From a virus, in the IMG/VR virus record IMGVR_UViG_3300027985_000627, positions 1 through 64,000 of that record: DNA of 64,000 nt; one strand, written 5' to 3'. The position numbers and the translations under genes were made by a program. The notes beneath the pieces are model-generated. The model was not told the origin of the DNA. It did not search any database and was given only the letters and a program-made list of their open reading frames with translations. This document shows, in pieces, positions 10,124 through 19,118 of this stretch. Numbering within the stretch: the stretch's first letter is position 1; each line of letters begins with the position of its first letter.

Positions 10124-10734
10124 CAACAAGATGCAACATGGAATGCCCGCATTGCTGTTACGCTTGTACGGCAAAGGGTGAGGACATGTCTCTGAAAACA
10201 TTTAAACAGGCTTTGGAACTGGTAGAAGACTCAGGATCAACTGTCTGTATAGGCGGGGGTGAACCAACTCTTCATCCCAAGTTCTGGGACTTCATTGTTT
10301 TAGCTTTAGGAAACGAATACATCGAGTGTGTTTGGATGGCTACAAACGGAAAGAAAACCGAGTCGGCTTTACGTTTAGCAGCCATGGCTAAGAAAGGTAT
10401 TTTGAGTGTTGCGCTTTCTCAAGATTCGTATCATGAACCAATAGAAGAAAAGGTCATTGAGGCTTTCAAAGTTGATCCAAGGAGACAACATGACCGAGAC
10501 TTTCGAGAGATTAGAAACGTTGACGATCACGTTATAAAAGCTGGGAGGGCTGAAACCGAGCAAGAATGGCAAAGGGAAAACGATTGCGTTTGCAATGAAC
10601 TTTTCGTTGATCCTAAAGGAAACATTTGGCGGTGTGGCTGCAAAGAGGAACTGCTTGGTCATGTTTCTACTGGGTACGACATGAACAGTGATTACCGAAG
10701 TTGTTCAAAAGAAGAAAAAGAGGAGGACGAATGA
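10108..10734 (+). CDS. Radical SAM protein with short Twitch/SPASM-like tail
   Basis: CNMECPHC, GGGEPTLHP, ATNG, C-terminal CVC...VDPKGNIWRCGC; GTG start with RBS ggagg. Confidence 0.9.
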   Translation: MYIQITTRCNMECPHCCYACTAKGEDMSLKTFKQALELVEDSGSTVCIGGGEPTLHPKFWDFIVLALGNEYIECVWMATNGKKTESALRLAAMAKKGILSVALSQDSYHEPIEEKVIEAFKVDPRRQHDRDFREIRNVDDHVIKAGRAETEQEWQRENDCVCNELFVDPKGNIWRCGCKEELLGHVSTGYDMNSDYRSCSKEEKEEDE

Positions 10735-11006
10735 GAAAGGTGATGGCTGTGATCGCACTGTTGGCTATGGCTTTCAACGCAAGTGTCGGACACTGTAATG
10801 ACGACGAAGGTGACTACGATGACGAAAAAACCTACAATGAGGAAAATATCCGGGTCTTCGACAAAAAGGGAAACTATGAAGGACACATTTACAAGGATCG
10901 CGTCTTTGATAGCAAAGGGAATTACCAAGGGCGGATCACCAACAGCGACAAACTTTTCAGCCCCAAAGGGGAATATCTTGGACGAGCGAAAAAGAGCGGA
11001 AATTAA
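10731..11006 (+). CDS. Small exported protein with RVFDxKGNYxG repeats
   Basis: Signal peptide MRKVMAVIALLAMAFNA; three repeats RVFDKKGNYEG / RVFDSKGNYQG / KLFSPKGEYLG. Confidence 0.7.
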   Translation: MRKVMAVIALLAMAFNASVGHCNDDEGDYDDEKTYNEENIRVFDKKGNYEGHIYKDRVFDSKGNYQGRITNSDKLFSPKGEYLGRAKKSGN

Positions 11007-11328
11007 AGCACTTCAAGAATCAACCAAAAAGATTCTGAAAGAAGGAACATTCATCATGTCTTCCATCATCGGCGAATTTGACGAGTACATTGATAAATCA
11101 GAACCAATTTGTATAGTCGGACTGATTGAAATACTTGGCAAAGTCGCTGAAACAATGAAATCCGGAACAGCGTCTTTACACATGTCCAAAATGCTTCTTG
11201 GAGAAAACACTGAACCTAATCTTGAAGAAGTAAAAATCCTAAAAGCCAAAATGGACAGTCTTATGACACTGTACGTGGAGAACGTTGACAAATCGAAAAA
11301 AGAAGTCAGTGGTATCCTAAAACAGTAA
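10978..11328 (+). CDS. Hypothetical protein
   Basis: 3' part of ORF 10783-11328; probable TTG start at 10978 after aaggggaa. Confidence 0.55.
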   Translation: MDERKRAEIKALQESTKKILKEGTFIMSSIIGEFDEYIDKSEPICIVGLIEILGKVAETMKSGTASLHMSKMLLGENTEPNLEEVKILKAKMDSLMTLYVENVDKSKKEVSGILKQ

Positions 11329-11375
11329 GTTCGGTATACATGAGGGGGCTTCGGCCCCCGAACAGTGGACCGATC
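11329..11375 (+). other. Intergenic RNA hairpin H7 (cUUCGg loop)
   Basis: gttcggtatac-atga-gggggc-ttcg-gccccc-gaaca-gtggaccgatc; near copy of H4 with the loop swapped. Confidence 0.85.
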
Positions 11376-11390
11376 AAACAGGAGGCACTT

Positions 11391-11600
11391 ATGGACATAG
11401 ATGATTTAAATTTCGAATACGGAAAGTTGATTTACAAAGCTTTGTCTGCTTTTCCTGGAATGTCAAGGCACGAAGCGATTTTGTACGCCAATGCCGTTTT
11501 AAAAAATAAAAAAGGAGAAACAACAACTTTCGTTTTCTCAGACAACAAACCTATTGTTGTTAGGATCAACGGTGAATTCAAATTGAAAAGAACTCAGTAA
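11391..11600 (+). CDS. Hypothetical protein
   Basis: Start reassigned to ATG 11391 (RBS aggagg). Confidence 0.65.
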   Translation: MDIDDLNFEYGKLIYKALSAFPGMSRHEAILYANAVLKNKKGETTTFVFSDNKPIVVRINGEFKLKRTQ

Positions 11601-11626
11601 TGGTTTAATATCTACGGAGATTTTTT

Positions 11627-11818
11627 ATGAACGAAGTGAAAAGTTTTCTTGAATATATGGCAGAACCTTGGTTGTATACTAATATCGTGCCAAATTTACC
11701 TAAAGACGTACTCAGACAAAAACTCCAATACTACGCTGAAAAAAATTTTCCAAATTATAAAAAACTAGACATAGAAATAGAAGTGGAAAAGGTCATAAAT
11801 AAAATTACTTGGAGGTAA
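11627..11818 (+). CDS. Hypothetical protein
   Basis: 63-aa ORF, RBS ggag. Confidence 0.6.
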   Translation: MNEVKSFLEYMAEPWLYTNIVPNLPKDVLRQKLQYYAEKNFPNYKKLDIEIEVEKVINKITWR

Positions 11819-11819
11819 A

Positions 11820-13181
11820 ATGCCTCTAAACAGTCTAATGCCACATCAAACATACGGATTGCAGTTTATAGAAAAAAACAACGGAAATCTAATATTAGCT
11901 GACGATATGGGTTTAGGAAAAACCGTAACTATCGCTCAGTGGATCATGAACCACCCAGAATTACGTCCTGGTCTTATAGTTTGTCCTCAAATCATAAAAC
12001 TTAACTGGCGCAAAGAGATTCAAAAGTTCACTTCGGGAGTAAAAACCATACTCCTTGAAGGAACTCCTGATCCTCGCATATTTGGTCGGCTTAAAAAGGA
12101 CGTTGTGTTCATAGCCAACTACGACATTATTCACAAATGGCACTTGCATCTCTTAGTTGGTCAGATGAAATTCATGATTCTGGATGAAGCACATAACGTC
12201 CTCAAAATCACTTCACAAAGAACCAAAGCTGTTTGGACTCTCGCAAAAGGGTTTCAGCAGTACCCTGGTATACCGCATATCATGCCTGTTACGGGAACAC
12301 CGTCCATTAATGATTACAAAGAAGTTGCAAGACTGGTCGAATTGTTTGACCAACAAAGAGCAAGAAAATTATTGGATGCAAGAAACGAACAAGAGTTCAA
12401 CAGAATTTTAGCTCCTGTCATGTTGCGTAGAACGAAAGAAGAAGTTTTGAATCTACCGGAAAAAACAGCACACACCGTTAGAGTAAAACTATCTAACAGG
12501 GTCGAGTACGACAATGCTTATAATTCTTTTAACACGTGGATTAAGAGCGCAGGCACGTACAGGAGACTGCAATCCGCTGTGGGTTTCGCTAAAGTAGAGA
12601 TACTTAAAAAGGCTTCCGCTTTAGGCAAGATAGACGCTGTTACTGAATGGATCGAAGAAAATCTGCCAAGCAAAAAAGTGGTTTTGTTTGCTCACCACAA
12701 ATCAGTTGTATCCGAATTAAGAAAAAGATTCCCAAGCAACTCTGTAGTCATTGATGGAAGTGCTACTCCAAAACAAAAAGAACTTGCCAAGAATCGTTTT
12801 CAAAAAGATCCGAAGTTTCGTCTTGCAATCTGCAATCTCAAATCTGCTGGAATTGGAGTAACTTTGACATCTGGAACCATTCTGGGTTTCATTGAACTGC
12901 CTTGGACTCCAGCAGAAGTAGATCAAGCAAGGGACAGAATACATCGGATAGGACAAATGTTTCCCGTCGATATTGTGTTTTTCATTGGAGAAAACACAAT
13001 TGACGAAAGAATCTGTGAAATACTGGATTACAAAAGGAGGAACATTGGTTTAGGTGTTTATGGTAGAAGTCCAAGTAAGGACGAAATGTTGAAAGAACTC
13101 TTAAAAAAGGAGATGCGTAATGGCACCGAAACTTTTGCGGAAAAAATCAAAAGCTTCTTCACCCAGTGGTCTTTCGGATAA
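11820..13181 (+). CDS. SNF2-family (HARP-like) helicase
   Basis: LADDMGLGKT, ILDEAH, TGTP, MLRRTK, QARDRIHRIGQ. Confidence 0.92.
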   Translation: MPLNSLMPHQTYGLQFIEKNNGNLILADDMGLGKTVTIAQWIMNHPELRPGLIVCPQIIKLNWRKEIQKFTSGVKTILLEGTPDPRIFGRLKKDVVFIANYDIIHKWHLHLLVGQMKFMILDEAHNVLKITSQRTKAVWTLAKGFQQYPGIPHIMPVTGTPSINDYKEVARLVELFDQQRARKLLDARNEQEFNRILAPVMLRRTKEEVLNLPEKTAHTVRVKLSNRVEYDNAYNSFNTWIKSAGTYRRLQSAVGFAKVEILKKASALGKIDAVTEWIEENLPSKKVVLFAHHKSVVSELRKRFPSNSVVIDGSATPKQKELAKNRFQKDPKFRLAICNLKSAGIGVTLTSGTILGFIELPWTPAEVDQARDRIHRIGQMFPVDIVFFIGENTIDERICEILDYKRRNIGLGVYGRSPSKDEMLKELLKKEMRNGTETFAEKIKSFFTQWSFG

Positions 13182-13521
13182 AGAAATCCGACTTCTCGTA
13201 AACGAAGGGTACAACCTTCATTGCGATTACAAAGAGACTGAGAAAGAACTGGACAAAATCAAGAAGAAGCTGAAGGCTGAAGCTGCGAAACGAAATGTCA
13301 CCTCATTTCAAGGTGACGACTGCGTTGCTATCTTCTCTCCAAGAGAGAACTACTCCTGCAATGCCGAAGACTTTTACGACGAATGTGAAGCCAGTGACAA
13401 CATTTCTGGTTTCTGGTCGTCAATCAAAGTCATGGTCGAACTTGCCAAAGAACATGCTCCGGAAGAATACGAGAAGCTGAAAGAGTATGTCAATTCCACT
13501 ATCTCCATCACCTTCAAGTAA
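13120..13521 (+). CDS. Hypothetical protein
   Basis: RBS aggag; 133 aa, basic N-terminus MAPKLLRKK. Confidence 0.75.
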   Translation: MAPKLLRKKSKASSPSGLSDKEIRLLVNEGYNLHCDYKETEKELDKIKKKLKAEAAKRNVTSFQGDDCVAIFSPRENYSCNAEDFYDECEASDNISGFWSSIKVMVELAKEHAPEEYEKLKEYVNSTISITFK

Positions 13522-13522
13522 C

Positions 13523-13579
13523 CGTAGAAAACTGAAAACCAGAGCCTTGAAAAAGGCTCTGGAAACGCGGGTTTCTGCG
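13523..13579 (+). other. Intergenic RNA hairpin H8 (GAAA loop)
   Basis: cgtagaaa...ccagagcctt-gaaa-aaggctctgg...tttctgcg. Confidence 0.7.
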
Positions 13580-13587
13580 AATTACTA

Positions 13588-13616
13588 TTGCTAACGCTTT
13601 TAAAACACCTTACACT
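13588..13616 (+). promoter_or_regulatory. Putative sigma70-type promoter
   Basis: TTGCTA (13588-93), 17 nt, TACACT (13611-16), upstream of RBS aggagg of ORF 13636. Confidence 0.6.
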
Positions 13617-13635
13617 GTAAATTCAGGAGGAAAAA

Positions 13636-14046
13636 ATGTCAGCAAAAATTGTGGCTAAAAAAGTACGTTGTTTGCTGTGCGGTCATTACAGAAAATCGAA
13701 AGTCATTGACACCGTAAACAAACGGCCTATTCGAAGGTGTGAAGAAATAGGAAAAGGAGTTCAAGCTGAAACTGAAGTATGTGAAAAATTTGTAATCACC
13801 AAATTTTTCCGATGTAAAAAAGGCGGATGTGATATGAATCCGACCGTCTGTGCCAATAGACACAAACGAAGAAGTTTTCAATACGATGAGGAATGCCGAA
13901 AATGTAAACAATACTTTGATATAACCGAAGCTCTAAAACTCCATGCAATAAACGAATACAAAAAAGGAAACCGCACCCGACTCCTCAGAAAAAAATCAAC
14001 GGTAACTGCTGAAAATAAACCGAAACTGAGAAGGAGAAGCAACTAG
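13636..14046 (+). CDS. Cys-rich (probable Zn-binding) basic protein
   Basis: CLLC, multiple Cys, CRKC; basic tail RLLRKK...KLRRRSN. Confidence 0.7.
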   Translation: MSAKIVAKKVRCLLCGHYRKSKVIDTVNKRPIRRCEEIGKGVQAETEVCEKFVITKFFRCKKGGCDMNPTVCANRHKRRSFQYDEECRKCKQYFDITEALKLHAINEYKKGNRTRLLRKKSTVTAENKPKLRRRSN

Positions 14047-14047
14047 C

Positions 14048-14419
14048 ATGTACACACCTGAAGGTTTTGAGAATGTAAAACGTATGGATCAGCATTTACC
14101 CAACTCCATCAAAATGGCAGTCTACGCTTACGACTTCAATAACTACCTCACCCTAGACGACGCCGACCTTCGCAGTGACGCAAATATGGAACCACAAAAC
14201 ATTGTTTACCGAAAATCAATGTTTGAAAAACTCTCCAATGAAGCCAAAGAGGTCATTGATATCTTCTTGAACACTCCTGCTGAAATGATTACCGTATATG
14301 GAACACCGTCTAAAGAAATGATTAAATATTTTTTTCTGAAAAAGGGATGGAAACACATAACAATCAAAAAGGCTTTCTCTGAAGTTGAAAACTATGTGAG
14401 GAACGTTTTGGAGGCGTAA
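14048..14419 (+). CDS. Hypothetical protein, weakly reminiscent of a sigma region-4/HTH C-terminus
   Basis: FEKLSNEAKEVIDIFL...KKGWKHITIKKAFSEV; function is inference only. Confidence 0.6.
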   Translation: MYTPEGFENVKRMDQHLPNSIKMAVYAYDFNNYLTLDDADLRSDANMEPQNIVYRKSMFEKLSNEAKEVIDIFLNTPAEMITVYGTPSKEMIKYFFLKKGWKHITIKKAFSEVENYVRNVLEA

Positions 14420-15774
14420 TGAAAATTCTCACACCTGATCCTCTGGTGTGCCAAATAGACTCTGACGGAAAAAAACTCCTTCAGAGTCTTTTGTCCTACC
14501 CTACCGAATATTGGATTCAAGGCAAATTCAAAAAAGAACGCAAGATCAACACCAAGTGCATGATATACGGCAGAAAGCCAAAATACTATTTCCCAGCTGG
14601 TCTTCTGCACAAAGTCACGGAGCACCTCAAAAGCAAAAATATCAAATTCACTGTAGAAGAACCGGAAACCCTTGAAAGTAGCTGGCCTCCTTCTATCGAA
14701 GGGATCACTTTCAGGGACGATCAACTCCGATCAATCAAAGCTGCCGTCGATCTTCAACGGGGAGTCTTGAAACTCCCTACTGGTACAGGCAAAACCGTTG
14801 TAGCTTCTGGCATTATATCCTGCTTTGACGGCTACAATGTTCTGTTCCTGGTTCACACAAAAAGCCTTTTGTACCAGACTGCTGACGAACTTGAGAAGTT
14901 CTTAAAAGAACCTATCGGTTTGATTGGCGACGGACACAAAAACACCAACGAACGAATTACAGTTGCAATAACCAAATCCTTTATTACAATGGACCCTGAC
15001 TTCACACTGGATACTTACGACATGGTCATCGTTGATGAGTGTCACCACGTATCCAGTTTTGATGGAATGCACGCCAAATGCTTAAACTCCATCTTAGCTC
15101 CTATGCGTATCGGTCTGACTGCTACCATGCCTGACAAAGATGCGCAGAAAGCGGCTCTTGAAGGTTTGATCGGACCTGTTATTGATACGCTGTCTTTGAA
15201 GGAGGGAAACAAGCTTGGAATACTTGCTAAACCTAAAATTCGGATAGTGAAGGTTCCTTACTCTCACAACATACGAGGCGAGAAGAAATACCCGGACGTT
15301 TATAAACGTGGAATCGTTACGTACAAAGCAAGGAACGAACTGATTGCTTCTTTGGTTCAAGAAGAAGCAAAACTTGGACACACTGTTCTTATCAACATTA
15401 CGAATCTGGAACACGGAGACTATATCTCTGACAAACTTACGGACGCTGGCATTGACCATGAATTCGTTGAAGGCATGACTGACGGACAAGCTAGAGAAGA
15501 AATCAAAAAACTTCTAAATGACGGTCATATTCAATGTGTTATCAGTTCGAAAGCTTGGAGAGAAGGTGTAAACATTCCGACTTTAAATACTGTCATCAAT
15601 GCTGCTGGTGGTAAATCTGAAATCGGAACTTTGCAATTCATTGGTCGTGGTTTGAGAAAAACTGAGGACAAGGACGTTGTAACAATCATTGATTTGTTCG
15701 ATCCATCGCACCCGTACTTAATTTCACACTTTGGAGAGCGCATATCGTTGTATTGTGAAAACGGTTGGATTTAA
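14419..15774 (+). CDS. SF2 DExH helicase (UvsW/T5 D10-like)
   Basis: LPTGTGKT, IVDECHH, GLTAT, EGVNIP, QFIGRGLR. Confidence 0.92.
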   Translation: MKILTPDPLVCQIDSDGKKLLQSLLSYPTEYWIQGKFKKERKINTKCMIYGRKPKYYFPAGLLHKVTEHLKSKNIKFTVEEPETLESSWPPSIEGITFRDDQLRSIKAAVDLQRGVLKLPTGTGKTVVASGIISCFDGYNVLFLVHTKSLLYQTADELEKFLKEPIGLIGDGHKNTNERITVAITKSFITMDPDFTLDTYDMVIVDECHHVSSFDGMHAKCLNSILAPMRIGLTATMPDKDAQKAALEGLIGPVIDTLSLKEGNKLGILAKPKIRIVKVPYSHNIRGEKKYPDVYKRGIVTYKARNELIASLVQEEAKLGHTVLINITNLEHGDYISDKLTDAGIDHEFVEGMTDGQAREEIKKLLNDGHIQCVISSKAWREGVNIPTLNTVINAAGGKSEIGTLQFIGRGLRKTEDKDVVTIIDLFDPSHPYLISHFGERISLYCENGWI

Positions 15775-15794
15775 CTTGTAAAAAAGGCGGTTGT

Positions 15795-16301
15795 ATGGAC
15801 AATTTCACCGACGCTTACCTAGGGAGGAAGACAATGGTTTGCCCTGATTGTGGGGCAAAAATGCTTCTGAAAGAATCCCGATACGGGTTGTTTTACGGTT
15901 GCCAACGCTTTCCTGAGTGTACATGCGCTCATGGAGCCCATCCAGACGGCACTCCATTAGGGAAACCAGCTAATAAAGCCACTAGATTAGCACGAAAGAA
16001 GCTCCATGAACTATTCGACCAACTGTGGAATAAAGCTGACAAAGAACTGTTTCCAGTATCTGAAATAAACGAGGGATCGAAGAAACGAATACTGTATTCA
16101 GCTAGATGGAGGGCTTATTTGTGGCTTTCAGTGTACATGGGACAGACTTTTGACGAAACACATATCGGTATGTTCACGATTGAGCAGTGCCAGAAAGCGG
16201 AGAAGATTATAGCTATCAAAAAACCTGACGCAGTAAAAATAAAGGAATGGTATAATAAAGGCGGTAGGAAGTATGCCAAAGATAATACTAGAGAAGGTTG
16301 A
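15795..16301 (+). CDS. Zinc-ribbon protein (topoisomerase zf-C4 / DUF3268-like)
   Basis: CPDCG...FYGCQRFPEC, GAHPDGTPLG, HELFDQLW, HIGMF. Confidence 0.8.
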   Translation: MDNFTDAYLGRKTMVCPDCGAKMLLKESRYGLFYGCQRFPECTCAHGAHPDGTPLGKPANKATRLARKKLHELFDQLWNKADKELFPVSEINEGSKKRILYSARWRAYLWLSVYMGQTFDETHIGMFTIEQCQKAEKIIAIKKPDAVKIKEWYNKGGRKYAKDNTREG

Positions 16302-17223
16302 CCTTTTCGGAGTATTAGAACAGCTTGACGTTCCTTATTCGGCTGGGGTCAAAAATGTTGCCCCTGGCTGGATAGGAGTTGCTTGTCCATTCTGTGGAGA
16401 TGAAACAAACCACCTTGGAATCAATATCGAAGCTAGAACTATCTCTTGTTGGAAATGCGGCACAAAAGGGACTTTGCTAAAGTTTCTCAAGGAGTTTACG
16501 GGATCGTGGGCTAGGGTGCTTGATGTAGTGCGTTTGAACTATTCTGACGCACTTTATTTCGCGTCAGAATCACGCGAGAGCGACGATACAGCGAAAAACG
16601 TACTAGATACTACAATGCCCTCTGGGATGCGCTTAGAACTCAATTCAGCCGCGTGTAAATACTTAGAATCCAGACGTTACGATCCATATTTTTTAGAAGA
16701 AAAGTACGATTTGCGATGCACAAATGGTATTTCGTACATCCGTTGGGACAAAAACGAAGTTCCATTTGACCGAAGAATCATAGTTCCAATAAAAGACAAG
16801 AACAAAATTCTCACTTACGTGGGTATAGATTACACCAGAAAGTCCAGCATGAAGTACAAAAACTGCCCTAAAGAGTGTAGTATAGAGCCAGTCAAGAACT
16901 GTTGGTACAATCTTGATTCAGTCAGAGGGACAGCTATCGTGGTTGAAGGTATCACAGACGCTTGGAGGATGGGTGATGGAGCAATAGCCTCGTTAGGAAA
17001 AATAGTCACCGAAAATCAAATAGTGAAACTCTTACAATCTGGTGTAAACAAGGTGTTTGTTTTGTTCGACTCGGATGCTGATCGTGACGCTGAAAAACTT
17101 GCTTATACTATCGGAAGTTTCATACCCACCAAGCTCGTTTTACTTGATGAAGGTGATCCGGATGACTTGTCAGATAAAGAGGCAGAAGAAATTCGCAAGG
17201 AGTTGATTTTTTCTGTTGACTAA
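16273..17223 (+). CDS. DNA primase (Zn finger + TOPRIM)
   Basis: CPFC...CWKC; VVEGITDA; FDSDA; GDPDD. Confidence 0.88.
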   Translation: MPKIILEKVDLFGVLEQLDVPYSAGVKNVAPGWIGVACPFCGDETNHLGINIEARTISCWKCGTKGTLLKFLKEFTGSWARVLDVVRLNYSDALYFASESRESDDTAKNVLDTTMPSGMRLELNSAACKYLESRRYDPYFLEEKYDLRCTNGISYIRWDKNEVPFDRRIIVPIKDKNKILTYVGIDYTRKSSMKYKNCPKECSIEPVKNCWYNLDSVRGTAIVVEGITDAWRMGDGAIASLGKIVTENQIVKLLQSGVNKVFVLFDSDADRDAEKLAYTIGSFIPTKLVLLDEGDPDDLSDKEAEEIRKELIFSVD

Positions 17224-17244
17224 TTTTTTCGGCTTATTTAGCTT
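17216..17244 (+). promoter_or_regulatory. Putative sigma70-type promoter
   Basis: TTGACT (17216-21), 17 nt, TAGCTT (17239-44). Confidence 0.65.
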
Positions 17245-17250
17245 GTCTTT

Positions 17251-17449
17251 GCTTCATCTCTCAGCCTGGTAAACTGGGAGTTACAACAAAGGTTTTTGAC
17301 TAGGTTTTTACTGGAAGGTTGTTGTATTTGAAAATTATCCACGCTGTTACAGTTTGTGGGTGAAGGTTTTAAAAGTCGGCTTACCACCGATAAAGTCCTT
17401 CCAGACAAAAACCTTTGCCTTCACCTGCAAACTGTAGCAGCGTTTTTTT
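17251..17449 (+). ncRNA. Structured leader RNA / attenuator with internal complementary segments
   Basis: 27-bp stem 17341-67/17417-43 followed by T7; three pairs of mutually complementary segments (see findings). Confidence 0.7.
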
Positions 17450-17474
17450 GCGGCTAAATTTCGAGGAGACCGAC

Positions 17475-19106
17475 ATGAATACTCCCTATACAGAACACAT
17501 CCAAGAACTGCTATATTTATATTCCGGCGAATCCCACGCACCACTCTACCGAAAATTTCTACATCACTTCAAAGATGCCAACACTGCTTTAGTTTTATCC
17601 GCCATCGTTCGCTGTATTCACTTCGACCACCAACGCCTTCAATCCGGAAAAACAGTCAATCAAATTTTTGTGGCTGACAACGGTCTTATTTTTCATAAAA
17701 TAAGCATGGATTTTTTAGCTGAATCAACAGGGTTAAACCGATCCACAGTTAAAAAAATTACGGATTTTTTAGAAGAACAAAACCTCATAGTAAAAATAAC
17801 GGGTTCGGTTCAAACAAAAAGCCGCATGGTCAAAGCTTGTTACTTTCATGTCCTGTTTAATAACCTTGAACAAGAACTTAAAAAAACACCATATCCAATT
17901 TACAGCAGAGACTTTCAACCAACAGAAGTTTTTGCCACACTCGCAAATGACATTAATAATGCGAGTAAAAAAATATCAACAAAATCAACGAATGGCTCAA
18001 ACACACCTTACGATAGCGCACGGCCTTTACTTTCGAAAAAAAACAAAGAAACCGACCCACACGAAAGGGGAGGCCTACCCCATTCGAAAGGGGACACCTC
18101 CACCATATCTTATAATAAAGAAAAAAATACCATTAAAGAAAAATCTCCTCTTTCTTCGAAAGAGTACAACTGCTCTAGCCGAGCAGTTGAGTCCAACACA
18201 GGTGAAAAATTTGGTCCATCAAGGTTGTTAAGAAAGAAAAAACCTTTGACCAAGGTGGAATCAAACTTTGAACCGAACATTGAACCTAAACCTAAAGTGG
18301 ACAGGTCAAAGTTTAAGAACATTGTTCATGGCAAGGTTTCAAATGTGAAAGTCAGTAAAAAGGTTCAAGAGTACATTGACCTTTGGAATGAACATGCAGA
18401 GTCAACCAAAGGTATGAAGGTTGTTCATGAGTTTGAACGGACTGGTCCATTCAAAGGGAAACAGCAAACCAAGAACTTCAAGGCCATTGTTTCACTTTTG
18501 AGCAAATTCATTTCGGGCGTCATGTTTCAAGGATCTGACTATTCGGAATTTGTCGATGGCGTTGATATTGAAGATTTTGAAACGGCAATCATTCGCTTGA
18601 AAGAAGCTGCATTTGATACGGACGTTAAACCTGCAAAAAAAGAATGGTTGATCGAATCGTTGAACCTCAGGACATTCTTAGAAGGATCGGATCGTGGTAT
18701 TAAATGCAAACCCTTGTTCCTTGAGTTTGGTTTGCACGACCCTGAACCGATCATTCGCATTGAATCTAGGGACGACGATCTTTCTGGGTACATCGAAGAT
18801 GTTTACGCCGAAAAAGTGTTAGGCGACTACAACAGCAATTACGAATTCACCAAAGAAGAAATAATCAAAATCAATATGGCGACGAACAAGCTCCTTGACT
18901 TCAAACGACGGTTCAAAAGGAAGCTGAAAGGAGACCCTTCGAATGAAACTATGGCTCGGCTTTTGATGGAGGCATTCTTGAACAAAAAGAAATACGATTC
19001 GGAACGGTTTCAAATGAATTTAGGGAATCTTGCTTCGAACTGGATGTTTGATACGGTCTTGCCTGAATACCTTGTTGAAATCAATTCTTCAGTTTGGAAT
19101 GACTAG
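17475..19106 (+). CDS. Putative replication initiator / helicase loader (N-terminal wHTH)
   Basis: ATG 17475 after gaggag; ISMDFLAESTGLNRSTVKKITDFLEEQNLI HTH, low-complexity linker, located between primase and DnaB-like helicase. Confidence 0.6.
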   Translation: MNTPYTEHIQELLYLYSGESHAPLYRKFLHHFKDANTALVLSAIVRCIHFDHQRLQSGKTVNQIFVADNGLIFHKISMDFLAESTGLNRSTVKKITDFLEEQNLIVKITGSVQTKSRMVKACYFHVLFNNLEQELKKTPYPIYSRDFQPTEVFATLANDINNASKKISTKSTNGSNTPYDSARPLLSKKNKETDPHERGGLPHSKGDTSTISYNKEKNTIKEKSPLSSKEYNCSSRAVESNTGEKFGPSRLLRKKKPLTKVESNFEPNIEPKPKVDRSKFKNIVHGKVSNVKVSKKVQEYIDLWNEHAESTKGMKVVHEFERTGPFKGKQQTKNFKAIVSLLSKFISGVMFQGSDYSEFVDGVDIEDFETAIIRLKEAAFDTDVKPAKKEWLIESLNLRTFLEGSDRGIKCKPLFLEFGLHDPEPIIRIESRDDDLSGYIEDVYAEKVLGDYNSNYEFTKEEIIKINMATNKLLDFKRRFKRKLKGDPSNETMARLLMEAFLNKKKYDSERFQMNLGNLASNWMFDTVLPEYLVEINSSVWND

Positions 19107-19118
19107 GAGGTTGTTTGC

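Noticed and set aside
10108-11006. Radical SAM + small peptide as a RiPP cluster
   Set aside because: The neighbour has a Sec signal and beta repeats, and no RRE, protease or transporter is present
6371-11375. H4/H5/H7 hairpins as intrinsic terminators, CRISPR repeats or k-turns
   Set aside because: No U tracts; separated by kb-scale genes; internal loop lacks the 3-nt bulge + GA/GA k-turn register
17415-17474. TTG-start N-terminal extension of the initiator ORF
   Set aside because: Lies inside the stalk/terminator; ATG 17475 has the clear RBS gaggag
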